Below, one piece after another: positions 29,327 through 39,142 of a stretch of DNA of 64,000 bases; position 1 is the stretch's first letter, and each line of letters starts with the position of its first letter. A program made the position numbers and the translations under genes. Source of the DNA: Lachnospiraceae bacterium (GTDB lineage Bacteria; Bacillota; Clostridia; Lachnospirales; Lachnospiraceae); assembly GCA_041596215.1 (NCBI GenBank), contig JBFHIZ010000001.1, positions 6,030-70,029 of the forward strand, given 5' to 3'. The notes under the pieces are model-generated. The model was not told the DNA's origin, ran no database searches, and saw nothing but the letters and a program-made list of their open reading frames with translations.

Positions 29327-30787
29327 ATGTTTAAAAAGAAACCATGTCAGGAAGCTACTTGTATCATAAACTATGTAAACAGTATCGTAGAAGGAAACGA
29401 AAATCAATTACCCTTACCCAAATATCCCATTCATCAACAAATGTTATCTACATTTGAAAAACTACTAGAAAATCAAGAACATATGGCGAAAAATGCGAAG
29501 GAAACGATAGACATTGCTGTGTCTTTAAGTGAATTTGACGTACTCATGAAACATTCTTCCGAAAACTTGATATCATTTTCAAAAAATATAGCCAATTTAA
29601 GTGAATCGAATTTAGCGATTGTAGAAGAAACAAATGCAAGTATGTCTCAAGTTTCGAATACGATTAAAAATGCTTCAGAAACGCTTAATGTTGTGTCAGA
29701 AGATTCCAATGAACTAGTAAAAAACAATGAAAAAAGTTTATTAGATTTAAAAAATATAGTTATCTTAAAAGAAGATGTGATTTCTAGTGCGGAACATATG
29801 AAAACAGAAGTGAACACATTGATTAATCTTAGTCAAGAAATCGAAAACATTGTTGCAAGTGTACGTGAAATTGCAGATCAAACGAATTTATTAGCATTAA
29901 ATGCTTCCATCGAAGCAGCTAGAGCTGGAGAAAGTGGAAAAGGATTTGCAGTTGTTGCAAACGAAATTAAAAAATTAGCCGAAAACACAAAACAAAACTT
30001 AGACGGAATGAATAGCTTTGTTAACGATATTCGAACTTCTGCTTCAAATGGCAAACAAAGTATGGAAAGCACGATTACCTCCACATTATCCATGAGTTCG
30101 AAGATAGATGATGTTAATCATACCATTCATGATAATGTTGGAAAACTTAACGAATCCATTTCTAGCATTAATACCATAAAAGAATCCATGCAAGGAATTA
30201 GTATTGCCGCAGAGGAAATTAACCATGCGATGGATATATCTGGAAAAGATGCTGAAGAATTAAGTGATCTAACGAATACAATCTATGAAGATTCCATGGA
30301 ATTTAAAAAGGTAGCGGAACGCTTTGGTATTGTCGACAAAAAATTAGCAGAAGTAAATCGAAACAGCATTATGAATTTAAAAAATACACAAAATGCACTT
30401 TCTAACGAAGAAATTCAAAATATTATAAACAAAGCAATTCTTTCACATAAAAAATGGATGGAAAAACTTTTTGATATGGTGAATAATATGAAAGTAGATC
30501 CTTTACAAACCGATTCTAATAAGTGTGAATTCGGACTATATTATCATAGTATTGATATTACTTATCCAACAATTATTGAAAATTGGAAACTTATTGATAA
30601 AAACCATCATAATTTACACAATACTGGACAATTAGCTATTGAAGCAATTCAAAATAAAGATGCAAAAATGGCAAATGCATATTATGAAGAATGCAAACAG
30701 TATGGTTCTACTGTAATAGAAATACTTAATGAAGTTCAAAAAAGCATTACAAATGCTACTGAAAATGGCATTGAAATTTTCAAATAA
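29327..30787 (+). CDS. Soluble methyl-accepting chemotaxis protein with C-terminal CZB (zinc-binding) domain
   Basis: No TM segment. Signalling hairpin [40 protein letters not shown]-terminal H374-x3-W, C400-EFG, H427-x3-H431. Confidence 0.75.
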   Translation: MFKKKPCQEATCIINYVNSIVEGNENQLPLPKYPIHQQMLSTFEKLLENQEHMAKNAKETIDIAVSLSEFDVLMKHSSENLISFSKNIANLSESNLAIVEETNASMSQVSNTIKNASETLNVVSEDSNELVKNNEKSLLDLKNIVILKEDVISSAEHMKTEVNTLINLSQEIENIVASVREIADQTNLLALNASIEAARAGESGKGFAVVANEIKKLAENTKQNLDGMNSFVNDIRTSASNGKQSMESTITSTLSMSSKIDDVNHTIHDNVGKLNESISSINTIKESMQGISIAAEEINHAMDISGKDAEELSDLTNTIYEDSMEFKKVAERFGIVDKKLAEVNRNSIMNLKNTQNALSNEEIQNIINKAILSHKKWMEKLFDMVNNMKVDPLQTDSNKCEFGLYYHSIDITYPTIIENWKLIDKNHHNLHNTGQLAIEAIQNKDAKMANAYYEECKQYGSTVIEILNEVQKSITNATENGIEIFK

Positions 30788-30846
30788 ATGTCTCGTTTCC
30801 TTATATTAAAAATATAAAATAATTTTATTGTTTTCCTAGGAGAAAT

Positions 30847-32754
30847 ATGCACAGTATTAAAAAAATCGTATATATATTAACCGTTACTCTATCTTTAATT
30901 ATTGTCACTTTAATTTTCACCAATTTTGCAATGCGAAATATTTTTACTTATATTGACGAAACAGAAGTAATAAATCATGATATTAGTGATTATTTAGATG
31001 GATTAAATCTTCCCATTCGAGTTGCCATAAACATATCAGAGCAAGAGGTAAATGATGATTTAGAAAAAAAAGACACCTTAAGTAACGCATTAACACAAAA
31101 TTTAGATACTCTAAAAAAGGATATTGATTTAACCAGCATAAATTTAGAACAAATACTTGATAAACAAAATGAAAATTTTATTATTTCAACAGGTTTTATT
31201 GACTATCTCCAATTTCAAAATGAGATTCAAACAATGATTACCCAATTATCTTTCATTAATGATTCCATTTCTATCATTGAAGGACGGAATATATTAAGCA
31301 ATGAAGATTATCTAAAACCATTAGAAGAAACGTATCTGGAACTACTAGATGTGTTTGAAGCCTATAATAATAAGCATCTTGTATACTCATCAGAGATTCG
31401 ATTTTCTTTTATGAATTTTTTTAATATTATATTAATTATTCTTTTTTTAACAATTATAGGATTGATTTTGATTATTTTTCGATTTATTCATACGGATCTA
31501 AATTTAATAAAAAAAACATATGAACAAATAGAACATCATGATTTTGATGCCAACAAAGTCCTTAATAAGCCTATTTTTAGTGAAGAAGTTTTAATTCAAA
31601 AAACAATAAAAACATATTTTAATAATCAAAAAGCTATTGATTATTTTACACAATTAGTGAGTAAAAATTACCTAATTGACGATATTATTGATCATTTATT
31701 AGAAATAACAAATGAACTCCTAGGCGTCGATCGCGTTGGAATTGCATTTTACGACAAAAAAACAGACACATTAACTGCAGAATATGGAATTGCAAATTAT
31801 GAGCCACTTTATCTTAATGTTGGTTATCGCGTAAATCTTAAATATAGCTCATTAAAAAATATCATTATTAATAAAACTGGATTTATTAATAACGATTTAT
31901 TATTATCCTCTAAAAAAAAACCAGACAGTGAATCTTTAAATCTAATTATTAAAGAAAAAATTAGTTCTAATTTAACCATACCACTAATTTCAGAAAATGA
32001 AGTGTTTGGAATCGTTTTTTTTAGTAGCAAAAAAAACAATCATTTTACGCAAAGTAATTATGATTTTACAGAAAATTTAATTTATCAATTAACAGGCATT
32101 CTTAATCGAGCTTATATTATGAAAGTCTTTCTTGTCAAAATGACAAATTCCTTTGCAAGAATTGTTGACAAAAAAGATATTGAGACAGGCGACCATTTAT
32201 TACGGATGGTCAAATATTCTGTTATTATTGCTCAATCATTACAAAATTTAAATGTAAATTCGCATAGTATTGATAATAAAATGATTTTAGAAATTGAACG
32301 TAATGCCGCAATTCATGATATTGGAAAAGTTGGTACGCCAGATTACATTCTTAAAAAACCAGGAAAATTAACAGAGGAAGAATTTCAAATCATGAAATTA
32401 CACGCTTCCATCGGGGGTGATATTTTTAAAGAATTAAATAATGAATTTGTTCAATTTAATTTTGATTTTTATAAAACAGCAGAAAACATTGCACGATATC
32501 ATCATGAAAAATGGGATGGGACTGGTTATCCTGAAAAAAGAAAACAATTTGATATTCCGTTAGAATCTCGAATCGTTGCACTAGGCGATGTTTTTGATGC
32601 AATTACTTCCAAACGAATTTATAAAGAAGCATGGAGCTTTGAATATTCAGTAGAATTTATTAAGTCACAAAGAGGAAAGCATTTTGATCCCATAATCGTA
32701 GATGCATTTATGAATGCAATTTCTGAAATTAAAGAAGTCTATATCAATCGATAA
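30847..32754 (+). CDS. Membrane sensor with GAF-like and HD-GYP domains
   Basis: Two TM segments (res ~8-28 and ~190-212) flank a ~160-aa external region. The central region is GAF-like. C-terminus has AAIHDIGKVG and HHEKWDGTGYP. Confidence 0.75.
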   Translation: MHSIKKIVYILTVTLSLIIVTLIFTNFAMRNIFTYIDETEVINHDISDYLDGLNLPIRVAINISEQEVNDDLEKKDTLSNALTQNLDTLKKDIDLTSINLEQILDKQNENFIISTGFIDYLQFQNEIQTMITQLSFINDSISIIEGRNILSNEDYLKPLEETYLELLDVFEAYNNKHLVYSSEIRFSFMNFFNIILIILFLTIIGLILIIFRFIHTDLNLIKKTYEQIEHHDFDANKVLNKPIFSEEVLIQKTIKTYFNNQKAIDYFTQLVSKNYLIDDIIDHLLEITNELLGVDRVGIAFYDKKTDTLTAEYGIANYEPLYLNVGYRVNLKYSSLKNIIINKTGFINNDLLLSSKKKPDSESLNLIIKEKISSNLTIPLISENEVFGIVFFSSKKNNHFTQSNYDFTENLIYQLTGILNRAYIMKVFLVKMTNSFARIVDKKDIETGDHLLRMVKYSVIIAQSLQNLNVNSHSIDNKMILEIERNAAIHDIGKVGTPDYILKKPGKLTEEEFQIMKLHASIGGDIFKELNNEFVQFNFDFYKTAENIARYHHEKWDGTGYPEKRKQFDIPLESRIVALGDVFDAITSKRIYKEAWSFEYSVEFIKSQRGKHFDPIIVDAFMNAISEIKEVYINR

Positions 32755-32759
32755 ATCAC

Positions 32760-32781
32760 AAAATGTATATATATACATTTT
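32760..32781 (+). terminator. AT-rich perfect palindrome, weak terminator candidate
   Basis: AAAATGTATAT|ATATACATTTT, 22 nt, starting 6 nt after the stop. Confidence 0.3.
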
Positions 32782-32795
32782 ATAATTGAATTACC

Positions 32796-32822
32796 TTGAC
32801 AACAAAGATGGATTGCTATATT
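32796..32822 (+). promoter_or_regulatory. Candidate promoter of the liv-type ABC operon
   Basis: TTGACA (32796-32801) and TGcTATATT (extended -10 at 32814-32822). The 15-nt spacer is short. Confidence 0.4.
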
Positions 32823-32881
32823 ATTTAGTGTTATAAGAGTTTACAGTAAACTTTTATAGTGAAACATAGGAGGAAGTAAAA

Positions 32882-34096
32882 ATGAAAAAGATTATTAGTA
32901 TGGTATTAATTCTTGCTATGACTGTTGTTACTTTAACAGCTTGTGGAAATAATACAGCAACAAACAATGACGTGAACGGAACAACAAACGTTGTAGAAAC
33001 CGAAGAAGAAATGGTTTCAGAAGAAACAACCGAAGTATTTAAAATTGGTGCAACTGGACCTATTACTGGGGGAGCTGCAGTATATGGTCAAGCAGTTATG
33101 AATGGTGCACAATTAGCTGTTGAAGAAATTAACGCAGCTGGTGGTATTAATGGGACACCAATCGAATTTAATTTTCAAGATGACGAGCATGATGCTGAAA
33201 AAGTTATCAATGCTTATAACAATCTAATGGATTGGGGCATGCAAATTTTTATGGGTTCTGTAACATCAACCCCATGTTTAGCCGTAAAAGAAGAAACTTA
33301 TGCTGACGGCGTATTCCAAATTACACCATCAGGATCCGCTGTTGATTGTGTAAAATATGACAATGCATTTGCCGTATGTTTTTCAGATCCGAACCAAGGT
33401 ATTGCATCCGCACAATATATCGCAGATCATTCATTAGCAACAAAAATCGGTGTTATATATGATAGTTCCGATATCTATTCATCAGGAATTTATGCTAAAT
33501 TCGAAGAAAAAGCAAATGAAGTAGGTCTTGAAATTGTTGCAGCAGAAGCTTTTACTGCTGATAGTAAGTCTGACTTTACAACGCAATTACAAATTATCAA
33601 AGATGCAGGTGCTGAACTTGTATTTTTACCTATTTACTACAATGAAGCTGCTTTAATTCTTTCTCAAGCTGATACAGCTGGTTTTGAACCAATTTTCTTT
33701 GGTTGTGATGGACTTGACGGTATCTTAGCTGTAGAAGGATTTGATGCAACATTAGCAGAAGGCGTAATGTTACTTACACCATTCGCTGCTGATGCAACCG
33801 ACGAAATGACGGTGAACTTTGTAACAGCTTTTGAAGCTGCTTATGGTGAAATTCCAAATCAATTTGCAGCAGACGGATACGATGCTATCTATATTATTAA
33901 AGCTGCTATTGAACATGCAGGAGCAACAACAGATATGGAAAACTCTGATTTATCAGCAGCTATGTCAACTGCAATGACTGAAATTTCTGTAGATGGTATT
34001 ACTGGATTAGGAATGACATGGGCTGTAACGGGAGAAGTTAACAAATCTCCAGAAGCAGTTATTATCGAAAATGGTACTTATACAATTTTTGAATAA
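32882..34096 (+). CDS. livJ: Branched-chain amino acid ABC transporter substrate-binding lipoprotein
   Basis: Lipobox LTAC, then a type-1 periplasmic-binding-fold pattern (IGATGPITGGAAVYG...). Followed by livHMGF-type genes. Confidence 0.8.
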   Translation: MKKIISMVLILAMTVVTLTACGNNTATNNDVNGTTNVVETEEEMVSEETTEVFKIGATGPITGGAAVYGQAVMNGAQLAVEEINAAGGINGTPIEFNFQDDEHDAEKVINAYNNLMDWGMQIFMGSVTSTPCLAVKEETYADGVFQITPSGSAVDCVKYDNAFAVCFSDPNQGIASAQYIADHSLATKIGVIYDSSDIYSSGIYAKFEEKANEVGLEIVAAEAFTADSKSDFTTQLQIIKDAGAELVFLPIYYNEAALILSQADTAGFEPIFFGCDGLDGILAVEGFDATLAEGVMLLTPFAADATDEMTVNFVTAFEAAYGEIPNQFAADGYDAIYIIKAAIEHAGATTDMENSDLSAAMSTAMTEISVDGITGLGMTWAVTGEVNKSPEAVIIENGTYTIFE

Positions 34097-34125
34097 TCAA
34101 ATACTCATTTAAATTTATAATTTTT

Positions 34126-34156
34126 GGGGGTTCTCAATATGGGAACCCTCATTTTA
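34126..34156 (+). terminator. Intra-operon hairpin after the binding-protein gene
   Basis: GGGGGTTCTC / AATAT / GGGAACCCTC (two G-U pairs) followed by ATTTTA. Such partial terminators are common after ABC binding-protein genes. Confidence 0.4.
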
Positions 34157-34256
34157 CATAATTATTCCTTTAAAATTACTTGTTTATCGGTTATGAATTT
34201 GCTATTATTATTAAGTATTATTTTTACAAAATAAATTTTAAAAAAGGGGCTTATTT

Positions 34257-35138
34257 ATGAGTTTTTTATATTTTTTAATTAGTGGATTAAGTTTAGGAAG
34301 CGTATATGCAATTATGGCTCTCGGATATACTATGGTATATGGTATTGCAAAAATGCTAAACTTTGCACATGGCGATGTAATTATGGTAGGAGGATATGTG
34401 ATTTTCACTTTAGGAAATACATTTGGTTTGCCTCCATTTCTTTCTATTCTTATTGCAGTTATTGTATGTACTTCATTAGGAATGTTAATTGAAAGAGTCG
34501 CATATAAACCTTTACGATCAGCTCCACCACTCGCAGTATTAATTACGGCAATTGGAGTTAGTTATCTGTTGCAAAATTTAGCATTACTTATTTTTGGAAG
34601 CAATACTCGAATTTTTACTTCTGTTGTAAATCTTCCAACCATTGAACTTGCAAATGGACAACTTCCAATTACAGGTGAAACACAAGTTACTATTGTCGCT
34701 TGTATTATTATTATGATTGTGCTTACAATTTTTATCAAACGTACGAAACCGGGTCAAGCAATGCTTGCTGTTTCTGAAGATAAAGGTGCCGCAGAATTAA
34801 TGGGTGTAAATGTAAATGCAACGATTGCCCTTACTTTTGCAATTGGTTCTGCACTTGCTGCAATTGCTAGTGCTTTACTTTGCTCGGCATATCAAACATT
34901 AACTCCATATACCGGTGCAATGCCAGGAATCAAAGCGTTTGTTGCCGCAGTCTTTGGCGGAATCGGATCCATACCTGGTGCTTTATTAGGAGGCCTATTA
35001 TTAGGTGTCATTGAAAATTTAGCAAAAGGTTTGATTTCATCACAAGTTGCAGATGCCATCGTTTTTGGAGTGCTTATATTAGTTCTATTAATCAAACCTA
35101 CCGGTATACTCGGTAAAAAAATCCACGAGAAAGTGTAG
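34257..35138 (+). CDS. livH: Branched-chain amino acid ABC permease LivH-type
   Basis: GLSLGSVYAIMALGYTMVYG and NFAHGD motifs. Polytopic. Confidence 0.85.
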   Translation: MSFLYFLISGLSLGSVYAIMALGYTMVYGIAKMLNFAHGDVIMVGGYVIFTLGNTFGLPPFLSILIAVIVCTSLGMLIERVAYKPLRSAPPLAVLITAIGVSYLLQNLALLIFGSNTRIFTSVVNLPTIELANGQLPITGETQVTIVACIIIMIVLTIFIKRTKPGQAMLAVSEDKGAAELMGVNVNATIALTFAIGSALAAIASALLCSAYQTLTPYTGAMPGIKAFVAAVFGGIGSIPGALLGGLLLGVIENLAKGLISSQVADAIVFGVLILVLLIKPTGILGKKIHEKV

Positions 35139-35146
35139 GTGCAATC

Positions 35147-36244
35147 ATGAAAAATAAACAAATTAATTTTAAAAAATTATTCTTTAAAAACAACTTACTA
35201 TTATATATTATTATTATAACCATAGCGGCCATTCTATTACTATTTAATCAACTAGGGCTTGTCAATCGTTTAACTGCAGGACTGTTTGTACCCTTATGTA
35301 TATATTCAATTCTTGCCGTTTCCTTAAATCTAACCGTTGGTATTCTAGGTGAATTAAGTTTAGGCCATGCTGGATTTATGTGTATTGGTGCATTTTCTGG
35401 AGCATTTACATCTGTTGCTTTAATAGGAGTCATCGAAAATGGATTTATACGATTTTTCATATCTTTAATCGTAGCAACCATAGCAACTGCTTTTTTCGGA
35501 ATCATCATTGGTATTCCTGTATTACGCTTAAAAGGAGATTATCTCGCAATTGTAACCTTAGCATTTGGAGAAATTATCAAAAATATTGTTAATATTTTAT
35601 ATGTAGGCATCGATTCGGACGGTATACATATTGCAACTTCTGATAAAAATTTAGTATTACTTGATGGTGGTAGAACAATTATCGCTGGCGCACAAGGAAT
35701 CTCTGGAACTAAAAATTCCTATGCATCCACATTTATGTTAGGTGTTATTCTATTATTAATTACCTTATTTGTCATTTTGAATTTAATTAATTCAAGATCT
35801 GGTAGAGCAATTATGTCCATTCGTGATAATCGTATTGCAGCTGAATCAATTGGTATAAATATTACAAAGTATAAATTAATGGCTTTTTCCATATCCGCTG
35901 CGTTTGCAGGTGTTGCAGGAGTATTATATGCACATAATCTTTCTACTTTAACGGCACTTCCTAAGAACTTTGGTTATAATATGTCGATTCTTATTCTTGT
36001 ATTTGTTGTGTTAGGTGGAATTGGAAATATAAAAGGAAGTATTATTGCTGCAGTTATTTTAACCGCATTACCTGAATATTTACGATTTATGCAAGAATAT
36101 CGAATGTTAATCTATTCTTTAGTACTAATTTTAATTATGTTATTTAATTGGAGTCCAAAAGCAAAAACATGGAAAGAACAACATTCTTTTAAAATCCTTT
36201 ATCAGAAACTATGCAAAAACAAACGTATAAAGGAGGCAAAATAA
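35147..36244 (+). CDS. livM: Branched-chain amino acid ABC permease LivM-type
   Basis: GELSLGHAGFMCIGAF. Polytopic, 365 aa. Confidence 0.85.
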   Translation: MKNKQINFKKLFFKNNLLLYIIIITIAAILLLFNQLGLVNRLTAGLFVPLCIYSILAVSLNLTVGILGELSLGHAGFMCIGAFSGAFTSVALIGVIENGFIRFFISLIVATIATAFFGIIIGIPVLRLKGDYLAIVTLAFGEIIKNIVNILYVGIDSDGIHIATSDKNLVLLDGGRTIIAGAQGISGTKNSYASTFMLGVILLLITLFVILNLINSRSGRAIMSIRDNRIAAESIGINITKYKLMAFSISAAFAGVAGVLYAHNLSTLTALPKNFGYNMSILILVFVVLGGIGNIKGSIIAAVILTALPEYLRFMQEYRMLIYSLVLILIMLFNWSPKAKTWKEQHSFKILYQKLCKNKRIKEAK

Positions 36245-37006
36245 ATGAATGAAATTTTAGAAGTTAAAAATCTCGGTATTTCTTTTGGTGGACTTAAAGC
36301 CGTAGATTCTTTTGATATAACCATCAAAAAAGGACAGTTATATGGATTGATCGGACCAAATGGTGCTGGAAAAACAACGGTCTTTAATTTATTAACCGGT
36401 GTTTATACTCCAGATGAAGGAAAAATAACTTTAAATGGCAAAAATATTACTGGTAAAAAAACAACAGATATTTGTCATGCTGGTATAGCTAGAACTTTTC
36501 AAAATATTAGATTATTTAAAAACCTTTCCGTTCTTGACAATGTAAAAGTTGGTTTACATAACCAATTCACCTATTCTACCATTGTAGGAATTTTTCGTTT
36601 GCCAAAATATTTCAAAGTAGAAAAGCAGATGAACAAACGAGCAATTGAACTATTAAAAGTCTTTGATTTAGATCAAGAAAAAGATACCCTTGCTTCTAAT
36701 TTACCTTATGGAAAGCAAAGAAAATTAGAAATTGCCAGAGCACTTGCTACTAATCCTACACTTTTATTATTAGATGAACCAGCTGCTGGTATGAATCCAA
36801 ATGAAACAAAAGAATTGATGGATACTATTCGATTTGTTCGTGATACATTTGACATGACCATACTTTTGATTGAACATGATATGAAATTAGTAGCTGGAAT
36901 TTGTGAGGAACTTACAGTCTTAAACTTTGGTCAAGTACTTGCAAAAGGAAAAACAACGGATGTATTAAACAATCCAGAAGTTATCACGGCTTACTTAGGC
37001 GAATAG
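36245..37006 (+). CDS. livG: ABC ATP-binding protein LivG-type
   Basis: GPNGAGKTT, LPYGKQRKLEIARAL, and LLLLDEPAAG. Confidence 0.85.
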   Translation: MNEILEVKNLGISFGGLKAVDSFDITIKKGQLYGLIGPNGAGKTTVFNLLTGVYTPDEGKITLNGKNITGKKTTDICHAGIARTFQNIRLFKNLSVLDNVKVGLHNQFTYSTIVGIFRLPKYFKVEKQMNKRAIELLKVFDLDQEKDTLASNLPYGKQRKLEIARALATNPTLLLLDEPAAGMNPNETKELMDTIRFVRDTFDMTILLIEHDMKLVAGICEELTVLNFGQVLAKGKTTDVLNNPEVITAYLGE

Positions 37007-37020
37007 GAGGATAAATTTTA

Positions 37021-37731
37021 ATGGCAATGCTTGAAATTAATGATTTAGAAGTAAAATATGGTATAATTAAAGCAATTAAAGGGATTTCTTTTACCGTAGA
37101 AGAAGGAGAAGTCATAGCCTTAATTGGTGCAAATGGTGCTGGAAAAACAACCATTTTACATGCAATTAGTGGTTTAATTCCAACATCAAATGGTAAAATC
37201 ACTTTTGAAGATAATGACATTACAAAATTACCAGGTCATAAAATGGTATATTTAGGAATGGCTCATGTTCCGGAAGGACGAAGAGTATTCTCTCAATTAA
37301 CAGTTTTACAAAATTTAAAATTAGGTGCTTATTCTAGAAAAGATAAGGAAGAAATCGAAAATTCTTTACAAGAAGTGTATGCAAGTTTCCCTAGATTAAA
37401 AGAAAGACAAAACCAAATTTCTGCTACTCTTAGTGGTGGAGAACAACAAATGCTTGCAATGGGTAGAGCATTAATGTCAAATCCAAAAATCATACTAATG
37501 GATGAACCCTCTATGGGGTTATCTCCTATATTTGTAGAAGAAATTTTTTCAATTATCAAAAAAATATCTGCAAAAGGGACTACCGTATTATTGGTTGAAC
37601 AAAATGCGAAAAAAGCGCTTTCTATTGCAAATCGTGCCTATGTTCTTGAAACTGGTAATATTATATTAGAAGGTAATTCCAACAGTTTATTAAATAATGA
37701 TGAAGTAAAAAAAGCATATTTAGGAGAATAA
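37021..37731 (+). CDS. livF: ABC ATP-binding protein LivF-type
   Basis: GANGAGKTT, LSGGEQQML, and ILMDEPSMGL. Confidence 0.85.
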   Translation: MAMLEINDLEVKYGIIKAIKGISFTVEEGEVIALIGANGAGKTTILHAISGLIPTSNGKITFEDNDITKLPGHKMVYLGMAHVPEGRRVFSQLTVLQNLKLGAYSRKDKEEIENSLQEVYASFPRLKERQNQISATLSGGEQQMLAMGRALMSNPKIILMDEPSMGLSPIFVEEIFSIIKKISAKGTTVLLVEQNAKKALSIANRAYVLETGNIILEGNSNSLLNNDEVKKAYLGE

Positions 37732-37746
37732 TAGAGGAGGCTTCAA

Positions 37747-38373
37747 ATGGAAAATTTTGTTATTACAATTGCTAGAACTTATGGTAGTGGAGGAAAAACC
37801 ATGGGTAAAATGTTAGCAAAAGAATTAGGAATATCTTATTATGATAGAGAACTCCTTCGAAAAGCTTCAGATGAAAGCGGAATTAATGAATCTTTATTTG
37901 GTGAAGTTGATGAAAAAGTAAAAAAGAAATCACTTTTTCATTATTTCAAAAAGAAAACAACAGATATTCATACTTTACCACCTGAGAGTGATGCTTTTGT
38001 TTCAAATGAAAATTTATTTAATCTACAAGCAAAAATTATAAAAGAAATTGCAGCAAAAGAATCCTGTGTTATCATTGGGCGTTGTGCAGATTATCTTTTA
38101 GCAGATAAGAAAAATTGTATTCGAATTTATTGTCATGCCCCCCTGGAAAATTGTATAAAAAGAGAAGAAGATCTTTCTGGATTATCTAGAAAAGATATTA
38201 TTAAAAAAATTGAAAAAATCAACAAATTCAGAAGTTCTTATTATAAGTACTATACTGGTAAAAATTGGAATGATGCAAATAATTATGATATGTGTATTAA
38301 TACTGCAAGCATGTCTTATGAAGAAATTATTCGTGCAGTAAAAGCATATATTGAGATTGTGAAAAATAGATAA
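37747..38373 (+). CDS. Cytidylate kinase-like family protein
   Basis: ITIARTYGSGGKTMGKMLAKELGISYYDRELL matches the Cytidylate_kin2-type N-terminus. A paralog lies at 48826..49461. Confidence 0.65.
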   Translation: MENFVITIARTYGSGGKTMGKMLAKELGISYYDRELLRKASDESGINESLFGEVDEKVKKKSLFHYFKKKTTDIHTLPPESDAFVSNENLFNLQAKIIKEIAAKESCVIIGRCADYLLADKKNCIRIYCHAPLENCIKREEDLSGLSRKDIIKKIEKINKFRSSYYKYYTGKNWNDANNYDMCINTASMSYEEIIRAVKAYIEIVKNR

Positions 38374-38380
38374 AAATCAC

Positions 38381-38409
38381 TTGACACATTTTCCTGGAAA
38401 TGGTAGTAT
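38381..38409 (+). promoter_or_regulatory. Sigma-A promoter of the rplU-prp-rpmA operon
   Basis: TTGACA (38381-38386), 17-nt spacer, TAGTAT (38404-38409). Confidence 0.55.
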
Positions 38410-38492
38410 ATTACAGTATGCCGCATAATGAGGTTTGAAAGACATGTCAATGTCACCACAATTAGCGAGTAAAATATTAGGAGGTGCCACAT
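38410..38492 (+). promoter_or_regulatory. 5' leader of rplU, possible L21-leader-type autoregulatory RNA
   Basis: An ~80-nt untranslated leader between the promoter and the RBS, with a small hairpin GACAT/GTCA/ATGTC and CACC...GGTG complementarity around the RBS. Family assignment not verified. Confidence 0.3.
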
Positions 38493-38798
38493 ATGTACGC
38501 AATTATTGCAACAGGTGGAAAACAGTATAAGGTTTCTGAAGGTGATGTTATCAAAGTAGAAAAACTCGATGTTGAAATCGGAAAAACTTTTACTTTTGAC
38601 CAAGTTCTTGCTGTGAAAAATGATGAAATGAAAGTTGGTAAAGATGTAGCAGAAGCTACTGTTACTGCAACCGTAATGGATCAAGCTAGAGCAAGAAAAG
38701 TTATAGTCTATAAATATAAGAGAAAAACTGGATACCACAAAAAGAATGGTCACAGGCAATCATATACGCAAGTGAAAATCGAAAAAATTAACGCATAA
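38493..38798 (+). CDS. rplU: 50S ribosomal protein L21
   Basis: [18 protein letters not shown]. The ATG at 38493 lies 8 nt after AGGAGG; the listed GTG at 38484 is an overextension. Confidence 0.9.
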   Translation: MYAIIATGGKQYKVSEGDVIKVEKLDVEIGKTFTFDQVLAVKNDEMKVGKDVAEATVTATVMDQARARKVIVYKYKRKTGYHKKNGHRQSYTQVKIEKINA

Positions 38799-38812
38799 GC
38801 GAAGGTGGTTTT

Positions 38813-39136
38813 ATGGTTCAAATAACCATACAGAAATCTAATCAAATTTGGAAAGGTTTTATTAGTAATGGCCATGCTGGATATCGTAAAGAAGGACAAG
38901 ATATTGTTTGTGCTGCCATTTCTGTTTTAATTATCAATACAATTAATTCTATTGATACTTTTTTACCTAAAACAAAATATCAAATAGATGAAGCAGAAGG
39001 TTATATTCATTTCACCTTAACTTGTATTCCAGATGAAAGAACAGAATTATTACTAAATTCCATGCAACTTGGATTAGAAGAAATTCAAAAACAATATAAC
39101 AAAAAATATGTAAAACTCAAGTTCGAGGAGGTGTAG
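38813..39136 (+). CDS. prp: Ribosomal-processing cysteine protease Prp (YsxB)
   Basis: GHAGY...DIVCAAISVL catalytic His/Cys pattern. Located between rplU and rpmA. Confidence 0.85.
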   Translation: MVQITIQKSNQIWKGFISNGHAGYRKEGQDIVCAAISVLIINTINSIDTFLPKTKYQIDEAEGYIHFTLTCIPDERTELLLNSMQLGLEEIQKQYNKKYVKLKFEEV

Positions 39137-39142
39137 TACATT

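Noticed and set aside
32882-37731. Higher G+C of the liv operon as evidence of horizontal transfer
   Set aside because: Spot counts gave about 43% for one 60-nt line of livJ versus about 37% for one 60-nt line of the parE-like gene and about 22% for a membrane-sensor segment. These differences fit expression level and protein type, and I cannot compute proper statistics by eye.
38316-38759. 147-aa antisense ORF across rplU, and similar antisense or out-of-frame ORFs (e.g. 1055..1282, 2521..2886, 6630..6986, 52357..52683, 57997..58317, 63224..63532)
   Set aside because: These are shadow ORFs opposite or overlapping well-supported genes. Their composition is low-complexity or hydrophobic, as expected in AT-rich DNA, and they have no RBS.
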